NCBI GenBank assembly: GCA_965205485.1
Contig: OZ242180.1
Location: 4,768,001 to 4,832,000 of the forward strand
Direction of reading: 5' to 3'
From: Candidatus Latescibacterota bacterium
GTDB taxonomy: Bacteria > Latescibacterota > UBA2968 > GCA-2709665
DNA length: 64,000 nt
The notes under the pieces: generated by a model
Told to the model about the DNA's origin: nothing
Databases searched by the model: none
What the model saw: only the letters and a program-made list of their open reading frames with translations
Part shown: positions 57,001-64,000 of the stretch, piece by piece
How positions within the stretch are numbered: the first letter of the stretch is position 1
How the letters are laid out: the number at the start of each line of letters is the position of its first letter
Program-made: the position numbers and the translations under genes

Positions 57001-57639
57001 GGTTACGGGGCTGTGCGGCGTCAGGTGGGGAAAACGATTGGGCGCTACCGTAACCGTGCCCCCGCCGTCCGCCTGGTTGGAGGTGATGAGATAGGCCACA
57101 TAGAGGCGTGTCTTTTCCGAAAGATCGAACGCAACTCCGATCCAGTCCTTGACTTCCTGGAACGTACTCGGCTCCAGAATGGGCATATACAGGTGTTTCG
57201 CGATAAACCGGGAATCGGCGGGAACCTGGGTGCCTTCCGACCACGTATCGTCACCGAACACGGCCACCGCCGCGCCGCCCGGCGCCGTTCCCGCCATGTT
57301 GCCGAGGGCAAGCCCGTCGGAAGCCACGTGGGCGCCCACGCTCTTCATCACCGCCATCGCGCGTACGGGCGTCATCTGGGAACCGTTGAGACGCGCGGCG
57401 CTGAGCGCTTCGTTGTTGGCAATCTGCACCACCACGCCCTGTTCCACGAGCAGTTCCCGGATGCGCTCAGCGGCATCGAAGACCTCGGCGACGGGAGAAC
57501 CGGGGTAGCCGGTAAGCATACCCATGCGGTGCTCCAGGCCGCCCTTGACGATGAGCTCATTGCCGGTAAAGATTCCTACGCCTTCTTCAAGGAGAAATCT
57601 TGGATCCACCGCGATTCCCCTGGATGGTTCTGCGCCCAA
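54004..57639 (-). CDS. Fused indolepyruvate:ferredoxin oxidoreductase family protein (alpha + ferredoxin + beta/gamma + C-terminal domain)
   Basis: GYPGSP, ANNEA, R.PSFCPGCPH, GDIGC, MGDSTFFHSG..N.TTAMTG.Q (TPP), VCEYCLEC/CVADGAC, GVGGMG and MAYKDE..VA motifs. Confidence 0.92.
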   Translation of the reverse strand: MGAEPSRGIAVDPRFLLEEGVGIFTGNELIVKGGLEHRMGMLTGYPGSPVAEVFDAAERIRELLVEQGVVVQIANNEALSAARLNGSQMTPVRAMAVMKSVGAHVASDGLALGNMAGTAPGGAAVAVFGDDTWSEGTQVPADSRFIAKHLYMPILEPSTFQEVKDWIGVAFDLSEKTRLYVAYLITSNQADGGGTVTVAPNRFPHLTPHSPVTIDSGTIPLDDRVIIPPSTAIKEEDVLHRRMPELLEYAREYNLNRILYPPASGKRRIGFISSSLAYCYLEHVMNMLGLEGSIPILKYGLTHPVDPEILKAFVGHVGDIYVVEEKRGFLEGQVTAALQGLHQDGEIGPFRIWGKRFPGGQPGFPDSKGMNPSILLKALAPVLLDLDDPSVPVDRERIAQEVDLVDETADYQVQAAVRTPSFCPGCPHRDSASVLNRVIDDFGSADYMRKHHQRDPADLVFHGDIGCYSLLKYKPFDRLMHNLSGMGLGGGTGAGIDPYIDNKQLVFMGDSTFFHSGMAAISDSIKHGQDITYVILDNKTTAMTGHQPTPGVDVDILGKPTFAQDIEQVVRGMAGDGDSVFIARMNPAERTPYRQTLERALLKDGVKIVIADKECGITFHRRQRAMQNEIVQDTGYLPEERHVNITPEVCEYCLECTRATGCSGLTVEETLHGPKIATDLSLCVADGACTRVTVSNGDGTCPSFEEVIVRRTRPAQRQTEAIDLSDLPAPKVNSFDATWYAYIAGVGGMGINTIAAILSVAGARQGYAVRFTNKKGLAIRNGAVYSHVSFTKGDRVISQITPYGHADLLLGLDILEAVRGLESMGNGRVASPRHTSAVVETGKRHTVLTLTGQDEFDTAELEEVLKRHTKSEGYFGMDLGEISERFLGNKIYANSILLGVAFQRGVLPLDLGNIKWSMQRNIKSSDLDPNLKAFDLGRKIAIEPEVVAQEKPLLSCSELIEDKAGILERGKGRKARAAYLELTADAALLGLAEEDRLQFALGVYDLMQWDGARYAGTYVRRVRKVYEKDRPEEGYEATRAVIRYLPRVMAYKDEVYVAHLLTSEEKYRRDCERYNVSAERGDRISYRHFNRGNFNILGFNVYLKLTTRDWMLKLMKRLKFLRKLMPSWHKEEKAYRDWYTEFVDRFEFDHEERYGDYVRVFRMPDEVRGYREVIRPKIEAAYQAAAAMMDGNGRARSAEPYLSIEPVVERV

Positions 57640-57696
57640 CGTTAGTATACACCGCGAACCCTGAGCCTCGCCGGCCCCCGGGCCCCCGTCCGGGCG

Positions 57697-59073
57697 CTAC
57701 TCCATCATCCGCCAATTCGGGTTGTACGTTTCCGCGGGATGCGTTGAGTGTACGAGTTCGAATACGCCCGCGCCGCGCCGATCCACGAAGATGAACCTGA
57801 CGCCGCGCTGCTCTTCGTAAGTCCAGACTTCAAAAGGCTTTTCGTTGGAGGCCGCCAGGTTGTATTGAATATCGCTCGGTTCACCGAACTTGATATAGAT
57901 TCGCCCCTTGTCCGTATCCGACCCCCGCTTGCCCCGTCCCGCCGCGTAGTTGTTCTCCGCGAAGCGCATTCGCTGGATATGCTGGATCAGGCGCTCGTTT
58001 TCATCGGTCGCCGGGGTCGGGTCAAGCTCCTTCCAGAAGACCTTCAGGAACGCCATCTGGTCCATTCGGTTCTTCAGATTCCGGTACTCCTTCCACCGAG
58101 AACCTTTGGCGATATATCGAATTTCTCTGTAGTATCGAATGTTGTCGCGTTCCTCCTGCGACAATTCCACGACTTCCCGCTGACGCGCCAGAGAAATCAT
58201 CCGTCTCGTTCTGTGGACGGTGCGGTTGCTCCGGTCCAGCGCCTCGACCTGGAAAAAGTACCGGCCCGGCGACAGTTCGCCGGTACTGAAGATTTCCGTC
58301 TTTACGGCGCTGGTGCCCGGTTTCATCAGCCGCTGGTCCGCAAACTTCGCCACCACCGCGCCGGCGGTATCCAGCACGCTGTATCCCAGCAGAAACGTAT
58401 TGTCCGCACCCTCGACAGGCGCCGAGAGGTGATAGATCTCGAAATAGACTTCGATATCCCCGCCGGCGGGATAGGTCCGGGTCACGTTGGGCGTCACCGT
58501 CCAGCCGTATCTCGAAAACCTGCTTTCGGTGTCGGTTCTGGACAGTCCGGATGCGAACAGGAGATCGCTGGATTTCAATGTCTGCTCCTCGAAATCCCGG
58601 ACCCGCAGGTCCCCCTCCGCCACGGCCTTCTTTTTCTCTTTGAGGTCTCGAACCGACAGGGTCATTCGATACGTGCCAGGCTTCAGATCGAATCCGATCA
58701 TATCGCGAAAGGGCAGTCCCGCGCCTTCGACGTCGTCGGCCTCTTCGACCCAGACCTTGCGCTTCCATGTCTCATCGTTGACGACGAGACCCGCGGAATC
58801 GGTCAGCGAGACGGACAATTCCATTTCCGCCTCGTATCGTTTTCTCTTTCGCCTGAATTTCAACTGACTCGCGTCCAGCAGGACGTAAATCTCCTGTCGT
58901 GTGAATCCCACGGACGCCTGAAATCCGGCGGTGTCGGTGAAGAACGCCAGGTCTCCCTCGCCCATGAACGGCAGGTCCAGCGGCTCCGACCCGGCGCAGT
59001 GCCCCTTCGCGCCCAGGAACAAAACGCCCGCAATCAGCAGGAAGCCCATGCAAAGCCGATCCCTGTTTCTCAT
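57697..59073 (-). CDS. GWxTD domain-containing exported protein
   Basis: Signal peptide, then FW..LDPTP.T.ENE...H..R..FA...Y followed by G-S-DTD-KGRIYIKFGEP and E.W.Y. Confidence 0.85.
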   Translation of the reverse strand: MRNRDRLCMGFLLIAGVLFLGAKGHCAGSEPLDLPFMGEGDLAFFTDTAGFQASVGFTRQEIYVLLDASQLKFRRKRKRYEAEMELSVSLTDSAGLVVNDETWKRKVWVEEADDVEGAGLPFRDMIGFDLKPGTYRMTLSVRDLKEKKKAVAEGDLRVRDFEEQTLKSSDLLFASGLSRTDTESRFSRYGWTVTPNVTRTYPAGGDIEVYFEIYHLSAPVEGADNTFLLGYSVLDTAGAVVAKFADQRLMKPGTSAVKTEIFSTGELSPGRYFFQVEALDRSNRTVHRTRRMISLARQREVVELSQEERDNIRYYREIRYIAKGSRWKEYRNLKNRMDQMAFLKVFWKELDPTPATDENERLIQHIQRMRFAENNYAAGRGKRGSDTDKGRIYIKFGEPSDIQYNLAASNEKPFEVWTYEEQRGVRFIFVDRRGAGVFELVHSTHPAETYNPNWRMME

Positions 59074-59160
59074 TTGCCAATTCTCCGAGAGTGTACGTGG
59101 TCATTCGCCGCGCGGAGTCGGCCCCAGGCGGAAGGTCTGCCATCCCGGGCCGAAACAGGC

Positions 59161-59189
59161 AATGTATTGAACTCCAATATTCAAGTCAA
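59161..59189 (-). promoter_or_regulatory. sigma70-type promoter for the GWxTD gene with an overlapping inverted repeat
   Basis: TTGACT-17 nt-TACATT. TTGAA-N8-TTCAA spans the spacer. AT-rich island in GC-rich DNA. Confidence 0.55.
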
Positions 59190-59211
59190 CTCCAAAGCGC
59201 CCGGCAACACC

Positions 59212-59517
59212 TCAGCCCTTTGCGCCGGGAGACACGTAGATCTCCTGCTCCCGGACACGCACGGGGTACTTCCTGATTCTGAAATGAGGCGCCTCTGTGC
59301 AGGTCCCGGATTCGAGGTCGAACGTCAGGTTGTGCCAGAAGCAGGTCACGGCGCCGCCTCTGATCCCGTCCGTCCCGATGGGTCGCTGGTTGTGCGGACA
59401 GGTATTGTCAATCGCCTCGATCTTGCCGCCCACGTTGAACAGCCCGATTTCGCGGCCCATCATCGTAACGAGCTTCCCGGTACCCGGCGGGACTTCATGC
59501 ATCGAAGCCACCCGCAT
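59212..59517 (-). CDS. Rieske [2Fe-2S] ferredoxin
   Basis: CPH...C.WH..FDL.SG motifs. The start could alternatively be GTG at 59604. Confidence 0.88.
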   Translation of the reverse strand: MRVASMHEVPPGTGKLVTMMGREIGLFNVGGKIEAIDNTCPHNQRPIGTDGIRGGAVTCFWHNLTFDLESGTCTEAPHFRIRKYPVRVREQEIYVSPGAKG

Positions 59518-59608
59518 GAAACCAGGGTTTCGTCCTCCGCCCGCGTCGGCGGTCTGAACGGTCCGGCGCCGGCCCTTCGGACGCCGTCGAATCAAACTGA
59601 ACACGGTC

Positions 59609-60496
59609 TCATCCCGCAACAGCGTGGTTTGCGGCGTGGTAGGAACTCCGCACAAGCGGACCCGATTCCACGTGCCGGAATCCTCGCATCTCCGCAAAGA
59701 GCCGGATCTTCTCGAATTCGTCCGGATGGTAGAATCTGGCAATGGAAACATGTGCCGGCGAAGGCTGCAGGTATTGACCCACCGTGAGTATATCCGTTCC
59801 CTGTTCGGCGATGTCGTCGATGGTCCGGTAGACTTCTTCCACGGTTTCTCCCGCGCCGACCATGATGCCGGATTTCGTTGGGATAACCGGACGGGCGGTT
59901 CCGGCGCGCCGGAGCAATTCGAGGGATTGGGCATAGTTGGCTTGGGGGCGCATCAGACGATAGAGCCGGGGCGGCGTCTCTACGTTGTGGTTCAGAATAT
60001 CGGGGCCGGCCGACATCACCCGATCCAGCGCCTCCCAGTTACCCTGGAAATCCGGAATCAGCACCTCCACGCGGGTCTCAGGCCGCAATCGGCGGATTTC
60101 CCTGATGGTGGCCGCGAATATCGACGCGCCTCCGTCCGGCAGCTCGTCACGGTTTACCGATGTCACCACGGCATGTCTCAGACCCAGCCGCACGACGGCC
60201 TCGGCGACCCGGCCGGGTTCATCCGTGTCGAGACCCTGCGGCCGTCCCGTCTTTACCGCGCAAAACCCGCAGCTGCGAGTACAGATGTCCCCCAGAATCA
60301 TGAATGTAGCCGTGCCTGCGCCCCAGCATTCACCGATATTCGGACACTTCGCGCTCTCGCAAACGGTGTGCAGTTCCAGTTCCCGCATGAGGCGCTTCAA
60401 TTCCAGGTACCCCGCGCTGCCCGGCGCAGGCACCCGGAACCAGTCCGGCAATCGGCGGTTTCTTCTCGGATTCTGGTTTTCGATCTGCAGCATCAT
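59609..60496 (-). CDS. lipA: Lipoyl synthase
   Basis: [33 protein letters not shown] and [10 protein letters not shown] motifs. Confidence 0.97.
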   Translation of the reverse strand: MMLQIENQNPRRNRRLPDWFRVPAPGSAGYLELKRLMRELELHTVCESAKCPNIGECWGAGTATFMILGDICTRSCGFCAVKTGRPQGLDTDEPGRVAEAVVRLGLRHAVVTSVNRDELPDGGASIFAATIREIRRLRPETRVEVLIPDFQGNWEALDRVMSAGPDILNHNVETPPRLYRLMRPQANYAQSLELLRRAGTARPVIPTKSGIMVGAGETVEEVYRTIDDIAEQGTDILTVGQYLQPSPAHVSIARFYHPDEFEKIRLFAEMRGFRHVESGPLVRSSYHAANHAVAG

Positions 60497-60542
60497 GTAG
60501 GCATGCCGGCAGGACGTCGCCAGTCAGGTCGCGTACAGCTTT

Positions 60543-61919
60543 TCAGTGTTCCTGGCGGCCGATCAGCGTGTGAGAGGTCGCGTCGGTGATTCTGATATCC
60601 ACGAACGTGTTGGTCCTGACCCCGTTTTTCGGAAACACAACCGTCTTGAATCCGTCCGATTTTCCTACTGCCTGTCCCTTGCCGCGCCGCGCGTCGCCCT
60701 CCACGAGCACCTCCAGCAGTTGTCCGACACAGCGCCGGTTGATCTCGCCGGATATTCTCGTCTGCTGGGCGATTACGGCCTGGAGCCGCAGCGCTTTTTC
60801 GGCCTCCGGGACCGTATCGGGAATCTCCCTGTAGGCTACCGTACCCTTCCGCGGCGAATATTTGAACATGAAGGCCGAGTCGTACCGAATGCGTCTCATC
60901 AGCGCCATGGTCGACTCGAAGTCCGCATCCGCCTCGCCCGGAAATCCGACGATGATATCGGTGGACAGACACAACCCGGGCAGGGCCGACCGGAGACGGT
61001 CGACCAGATCGAGATAACGGCCGGCTGTATAGGTCCGCTTCATATCCTTCAGGACCCTGTCGGAACCGGACTGAACCGGCAGATGGATGAACCGGCAAAT
61101 CTTCTCTTCTTCCGCCAGCGTGCCGATCAGCTTGTCCGAAAAATCGCTCGGGTGCGGCGACGTATAGCGAATTCTGCGTATACCCTCCACGCCGGCGACC
61201 ATCTTCAGGAGATCGGCAAAATCGGTCTCGCCGTCATTGTAGGAGTTCACCGTCTGACCGAGCAGGGTTACTTCCCGGAATCCTTCCGAAGCAGCCATCC
61301 GCACCTGTCGCAACACGTCGCCCGCGGGTACGCTCCGCTCCCGACCGCGCACGTAGGGCACGATGCAGAACGTGCAGAACTTGTCGCATCCCCGCATGAT
61401 CGTGATCCAGGCATTGGTGCCCTCCTGGCGAACGGGATCGAGTTCCAGATAGTCCTCGTGCCGGTCGAGCCGGACGTCCAGCGCGGGATTCCCGGCAGCT
61501 TCTCCGATCAACTCGGGAAGGCGCCGGTAGGAATCCGGCCCGACCACGAGATCCACGTACGGCAACTGATTCAGAAGTTCCTCGGCGAGGTGCTTGGCCA
61601 TGCATCCGCTCACGCCGAGCACGAGGTCCGGTCGCGCCCGTTTTTCCCTGCTGAGCTGGGAAAGACGCCCAACGACCCGCTCCTCCGCACGCTCTCGAAT
61701 GGCACAGGTATTCAACAGCACAACGTCCGCGTCGTCGACGCCGGATGCCCGGCGGAATCCGGCCTTCTTCAGCACGCCCATCATCAGTTCGGTATCGGAC
61801 ACGTTCATCTGACAGCCGTAGGTTTCGATAAAGATCCGGCGTCCCGCGCCGGAAACCGGCAGGCCTGCGCCGTTCGCCGCGGCGACGTCCTGCTGGCGTT
61901 CAATGTCGAGAAGCTGCAT
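60543..61919 (-). CDS. miaB: tRNA-2-methylthio-N6-dimethylallyladenosine synthase
   Basis: TYGCQMNVSD, NTCAIRE.AE, GCMA, GCDKFCTFCIVPY.RGRE.S, YTSPHP and a C-terminal TRAM domain. Confidence 0.96.
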   Translation of the reverse strand: MQLLDIERQQDVAAANGAGLPVSGAGRRIFIETYGCQMNVSDTELMMGVLKKAGFRRASGVDDADVVLLNTCAIRERAEERVVGRLSQLSREKRARPDLVLGVSGCMAKHLAEELLNQLPYVDLVVGPDSYRRLPELIGEAAGNPALDVRLDRHEDYLELDPVRQEGTNAWITIMRGCDKFCTFCIVPYVRGRERSVPAGDVLRQVRMAASEGFREVTLLGQTVNSYNDGETDFADLLKMVAGVEGIRRIRYTSPHPSDFSDKLIGTLAEEEKICRFIHLPVQSGSDRVLKDMKRTYTAGRYLDLVDRLRSALPGLCLSTDIIVGFPGEADADFESTMALMRRIRYDSAFMFKYSPRKGTVAYREIPDTVPEAEKALRLQAVIAQQTRISGEINRRCVGQLLEVLVEGDARRGKGQAVGKSDGFKTVVFPKNGVRTNTFVDIRITDATSHTLIGRQEH

Positions 61920-63150
61920 GCGGCACCCCGGAATAATCGTCCGCTTTCGATGGTTCGGAAATATCCCGCCCGCGGTCGGGGCGGCTCACCCGCCTGGCCC
62001 CCAGGTCGATCTCGTCCAGTGCCATCCCGATTTCCTCGCGGACGGCCTCGTCGGACTCGGCGGCGCCCGCATCGGAAAGCGCGCGCCGCGCATCGGGCCC
62101 GCCGATGCGGCCGAGCGCCCAGGCCGCATGGCCGCGGACGAGGGGTTCAGCATCGGACAACGCAGCCGTCAACGCGGGAATATCGGCGGCGGCGCCGCGA
62201 TTGCCCAGAGCCACGGCGGCGTTGCGCAGCAACCCGCGCCGTTTGGCGCGTTTGATCGGGCTTCCGCGAAATCTCCGGCTGAACGCCCTCTGGTCCATGG
62301 AGAGTAATTCGGCGAGTTCGGGCGCTTCGAGACCCGCACGGGCCTTCAGCGCCGGCTCCCCGGACGGCCTGCTCTGTTTTCTGTTCCACGGACAGACTTC
62401 CTGGCAAATATCGCATCCGTAAATCCAGTCATCCATCCGTTCCCTGTAGGGCCTTGGAATCCCGCCCTTCAACTCGATGGTCAGGTACGAGATGCACCGG
62501 TTGGAGTCCAGCACATAGGGCTGTGGTATCGCATCGGTGGGGCAGGCGTCCATGCATAGGGTGCAGGTCCCGCAATGGTCGGCAACGGGGCGGTCGTAAG
62601 CCAGAGGCAGGTTCAGCAGAATCTCACCGAGAAAGAACCACGAACCTCTTCGCTTATGGATGAGGTTGGTGTGCTTCCCAAACCATCCCATGCCGGCGCG
62701 GGCGGCGAAATCGCGTTCGAGTACGGGTCCCGTGTCGACGTATGCCCGGCCCTTCACGCCGGATCCCAGGGTCTGAATCCATTCCAGCAGTTTCTTCAAC
62801 CGGGCGTTCATCAGGTCATGGTAATCGTCGCCCCTGGCGTACCTGGAGATCCTGCCCGTGGCGCGCGCACCTGCCGGCGGCGCGCCGTTCTCCTGATCGT
62901 AATTCATCCCCACGCAAAGGACCGTTCTTGCGCCCGGCAGCACGTTCCCGGGATGGGACCTCCGGTCGAGATTCCGGCGAAGATAGGCCATCTGGCCGGC
63001 ATACCCCTTCGCCAGCCAGTCCAGATAGAAGCCCCAGTGCTCGGGCGGCCCCGCGGGGGCGACGCCCACAGGGCTGAAACCCATGCCGCGGGCCTTTCGC
63101 TTGATCCGCGCCGTTAATTTTCGCCGGTCGTCTTCGGTATGCGTAGACAT
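61900..63150 (-). CDS. queG: tRNA epoxyqueuosine(34) reductase with C-terminal HEAT repeats
   Basis: ISRYARG.DYH, VDTGPVLER, CGTCTLCMDACPT, CISYLTIE, GCDICQEVCPWN and RNAAVALGN motifs. Confidence 0.96.
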   Translation of the reverse strand: MSTHTEDDRRKLTARIKRKARGMGFSPVGVAPAGPPEHWGFYLDWLAKGYAGQMAYLRRNLDRRSHPGNVLPGARTVLCVGMNYDQENGAPPAGARATGRISRYARGDDYHDLMNARLKKLLEWIQTLGSGVKGRAYVDTGPVLERDFAARAGMGWFGKHTNLIHKRRGSWFFLGEILLNLPLAYDRPVADHCGTCTLCMDACPTDAIPQPYVLDSNRCISYLTIELKGGIPRPYRERMDDWIYGCDICQEVCPWNRKQSRPSGEPALKARAGLEAPELAELLSMDQRAFSRRFRGSPIKRAKRRGLLRNAAVALGNRGAAADIPALTAALSDAEPLVRGHAAWALGRIGGPDARRALSDAGAAESDEAVREEIGMALDEIDLGARRVSRPDRGRDISEPSKADDYSGVPHAASRH

Positions 63151-63167
63151 GGACTCCAAACAAGCCC

Positions 63168-63201
63168 AAAAGGACAGGGAACGGACGTACCCTGTCCTTT
63201 T
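63168..63201. terminator. Intrinsic terminator-like hairpin
   Basis: Perfect 12-bp inverted repeat AAAAGGACAGGG / CCCTGTCCTTTT downstream of the IscU-like gene. Confidence 0.65.
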
Positions 63202-63227
63202 CAGTGCGTTCGAATCAATCCGTCACG

Positions 63228-63608
63228 TCAGGCCCCGGCCCGGGACCTGAAATCCGCAATTGCCTCCCTGACCGCATCCCGTGCCAGCGCGACCGCGTGC
63301 TTTCTTGTGGGTGGCAGTCCGCCCAGCCTGGTCTCCACGTCCGCCCGTGTTACCGCGACCGCAGCCGCAACCGGGAGGCCCGACACCATTTCCGTTATTG
63401 CCGAAGCGGCGGCGATTGTGGCCGTGCAGCCCTGAGCCTGAAACTTCGCGCGCACGACCCGTTCGTCGACGATTCTCAGTTGAAGCGACACGACCGCGCC
63501 GGACGCCGGATTCTCGACCGTGGCGGCGCCGTCCGCATTCTGCATGGTACCTGCGTTGCGCGGATTCCTGAAATGATCGAGCGCAGTCTCGCTGTAGACC
63601 TCGGCCAT
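63228..63608 (-). CDS. IscU/NifU N-terminal-like protein, degenerate (one Cys)
   Basis: YSE..LDHF.NPRNAG, KF.A.GC.A.IA.AS.ITEM..G and LGGLP..RKH motifs. Confidence 0.85.
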   Translation of the reverse strand: MAEVYSETALDHFRNPRNAGTMQNADGAATVENPASGAVVSLQLRIVDERVVRAKFQAQGCTATIAAASAITEMVSGLPVAAAVAVTRADVETRLGGLPPTRKHAVALARDAVREAIADFRSRAGA

Positions 63609-63630
63609 GGTCGCCCAACCACCCCTCGGC

Positions 63631-64000
63631 TTATCGGGTGTTTTCGAGTGGCCTTCGAGGCGGCGTAAGCGTCACACGGTCTTCTACGGCCAGCAGTTTC
63701 TCTTTCGTGTAAATCAACTCGGCGCGGCTTTCCGCCACCAGTTCGGTTCGCTCGGTCATGACGATCGCGTCTTCAGGACAGGCCTCAACGCACATGCCGC
63801 AGAAAATGCACCGCAGCATATCGATGTCAAACCGCTTCGGATGCTTCTCGCGATCCTCCCAGGGCGCTTCCTCTGCCTCGATGGCGATGCATGCGGCCGG
63901 ACAGGCCGTGGCGCACATGTAGCACGCGACGCACTTCGGACGACCTTTATCGTCCTTCGTTAGCTTGTGCAGCCCTCGGTATCCGCTGGGTTTTGTCCAG
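63631..64000 (-). CDS. nuoI: NADH-quinone oxidoreductase subunit I (5' end outside the window)
   Basis: Manual extension gives YRGLHKL...[17 protein letters not shown] and [22 protein letters not shown], then LIYTKEKLL. Confidence 0.93.
   Translation of the reverse strand, partial: WTKPSGYRGLHKLTKDDKGRPKCVACYMCATACPAACIAIEAEEAPWEDREKHPKRFDIDMLRCIFCGMCVEACPEDAIVMTERTELVAESRAELIYTKEKLLAVEDRVTLTPPRRPLENTR

Noticed and set aside
59592..59612. ATG overlapping the lipA stop gives MRPCSV-TGA, a CxxU-like pattern
   Set aside because: Readthrough gives only about 50 aa of featureless sequence, out of frame with the Rieske gene, and there is no convincing SECIS. Likely chance.

Overview
GC-rich bacterial window of about 45 genes. 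I recognised no rRNA, tRNA, CRISPR array, transposase or integrase. The GWxTD protein, ankyrin, NHL and TPR-FG-GAP lipoproteins and many orphan hydrolases suggest a diderm FCB-group-like organism, possibly host-associated (inference). In order, the window holds: (i) a partial TPR/FG-GAP/ASPIC lipoprotein gene with no canonical start codon; (ii) a MauE/DoxX plus rhodanese pair; (iii) a + strand catabolic run (DegT aminotransferase, heparinase II/III-like protein, hydantoinase B/A, membrane protein, PHP hydrolase); (iv) a methylated-amine cluster (mgsC/glxD-like, unknown 135-aa protein, acyl-CoA-dehydrogenase-fold flavoprotein, TMAO demethylase tdm, flavin reductase, divergent Amt, fhs, small membrane protein, gmaS/glnT); (v) an NHL lipoprotein, a TlpA and an outer-membrane protein with an in-frame UGA followed by a SECIS-like hairpin; (vi) amide-hydrolase genes and tandem ankyrin lipoproteins; (vii) housekeeping genes (dusA, plant-type hydroxypyruvate reductase, fused IOR, lipA, miaB, queG, degenerate IscU, nuoI). 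Non-coding features are four MITEs from three TIR families sharing an internal core, a GTAG-type REP doublet, an in-phase 8-bp repeat array and several sigma70-like promoters. The two best leads are a putative new two-component flavin monooxygenase filling the missing Tmm or Dmm step of methylated-amine catabolism, and a putative exported outer-membrane selenoprotein. All family calls are from motif recognition by eye, not database searches.
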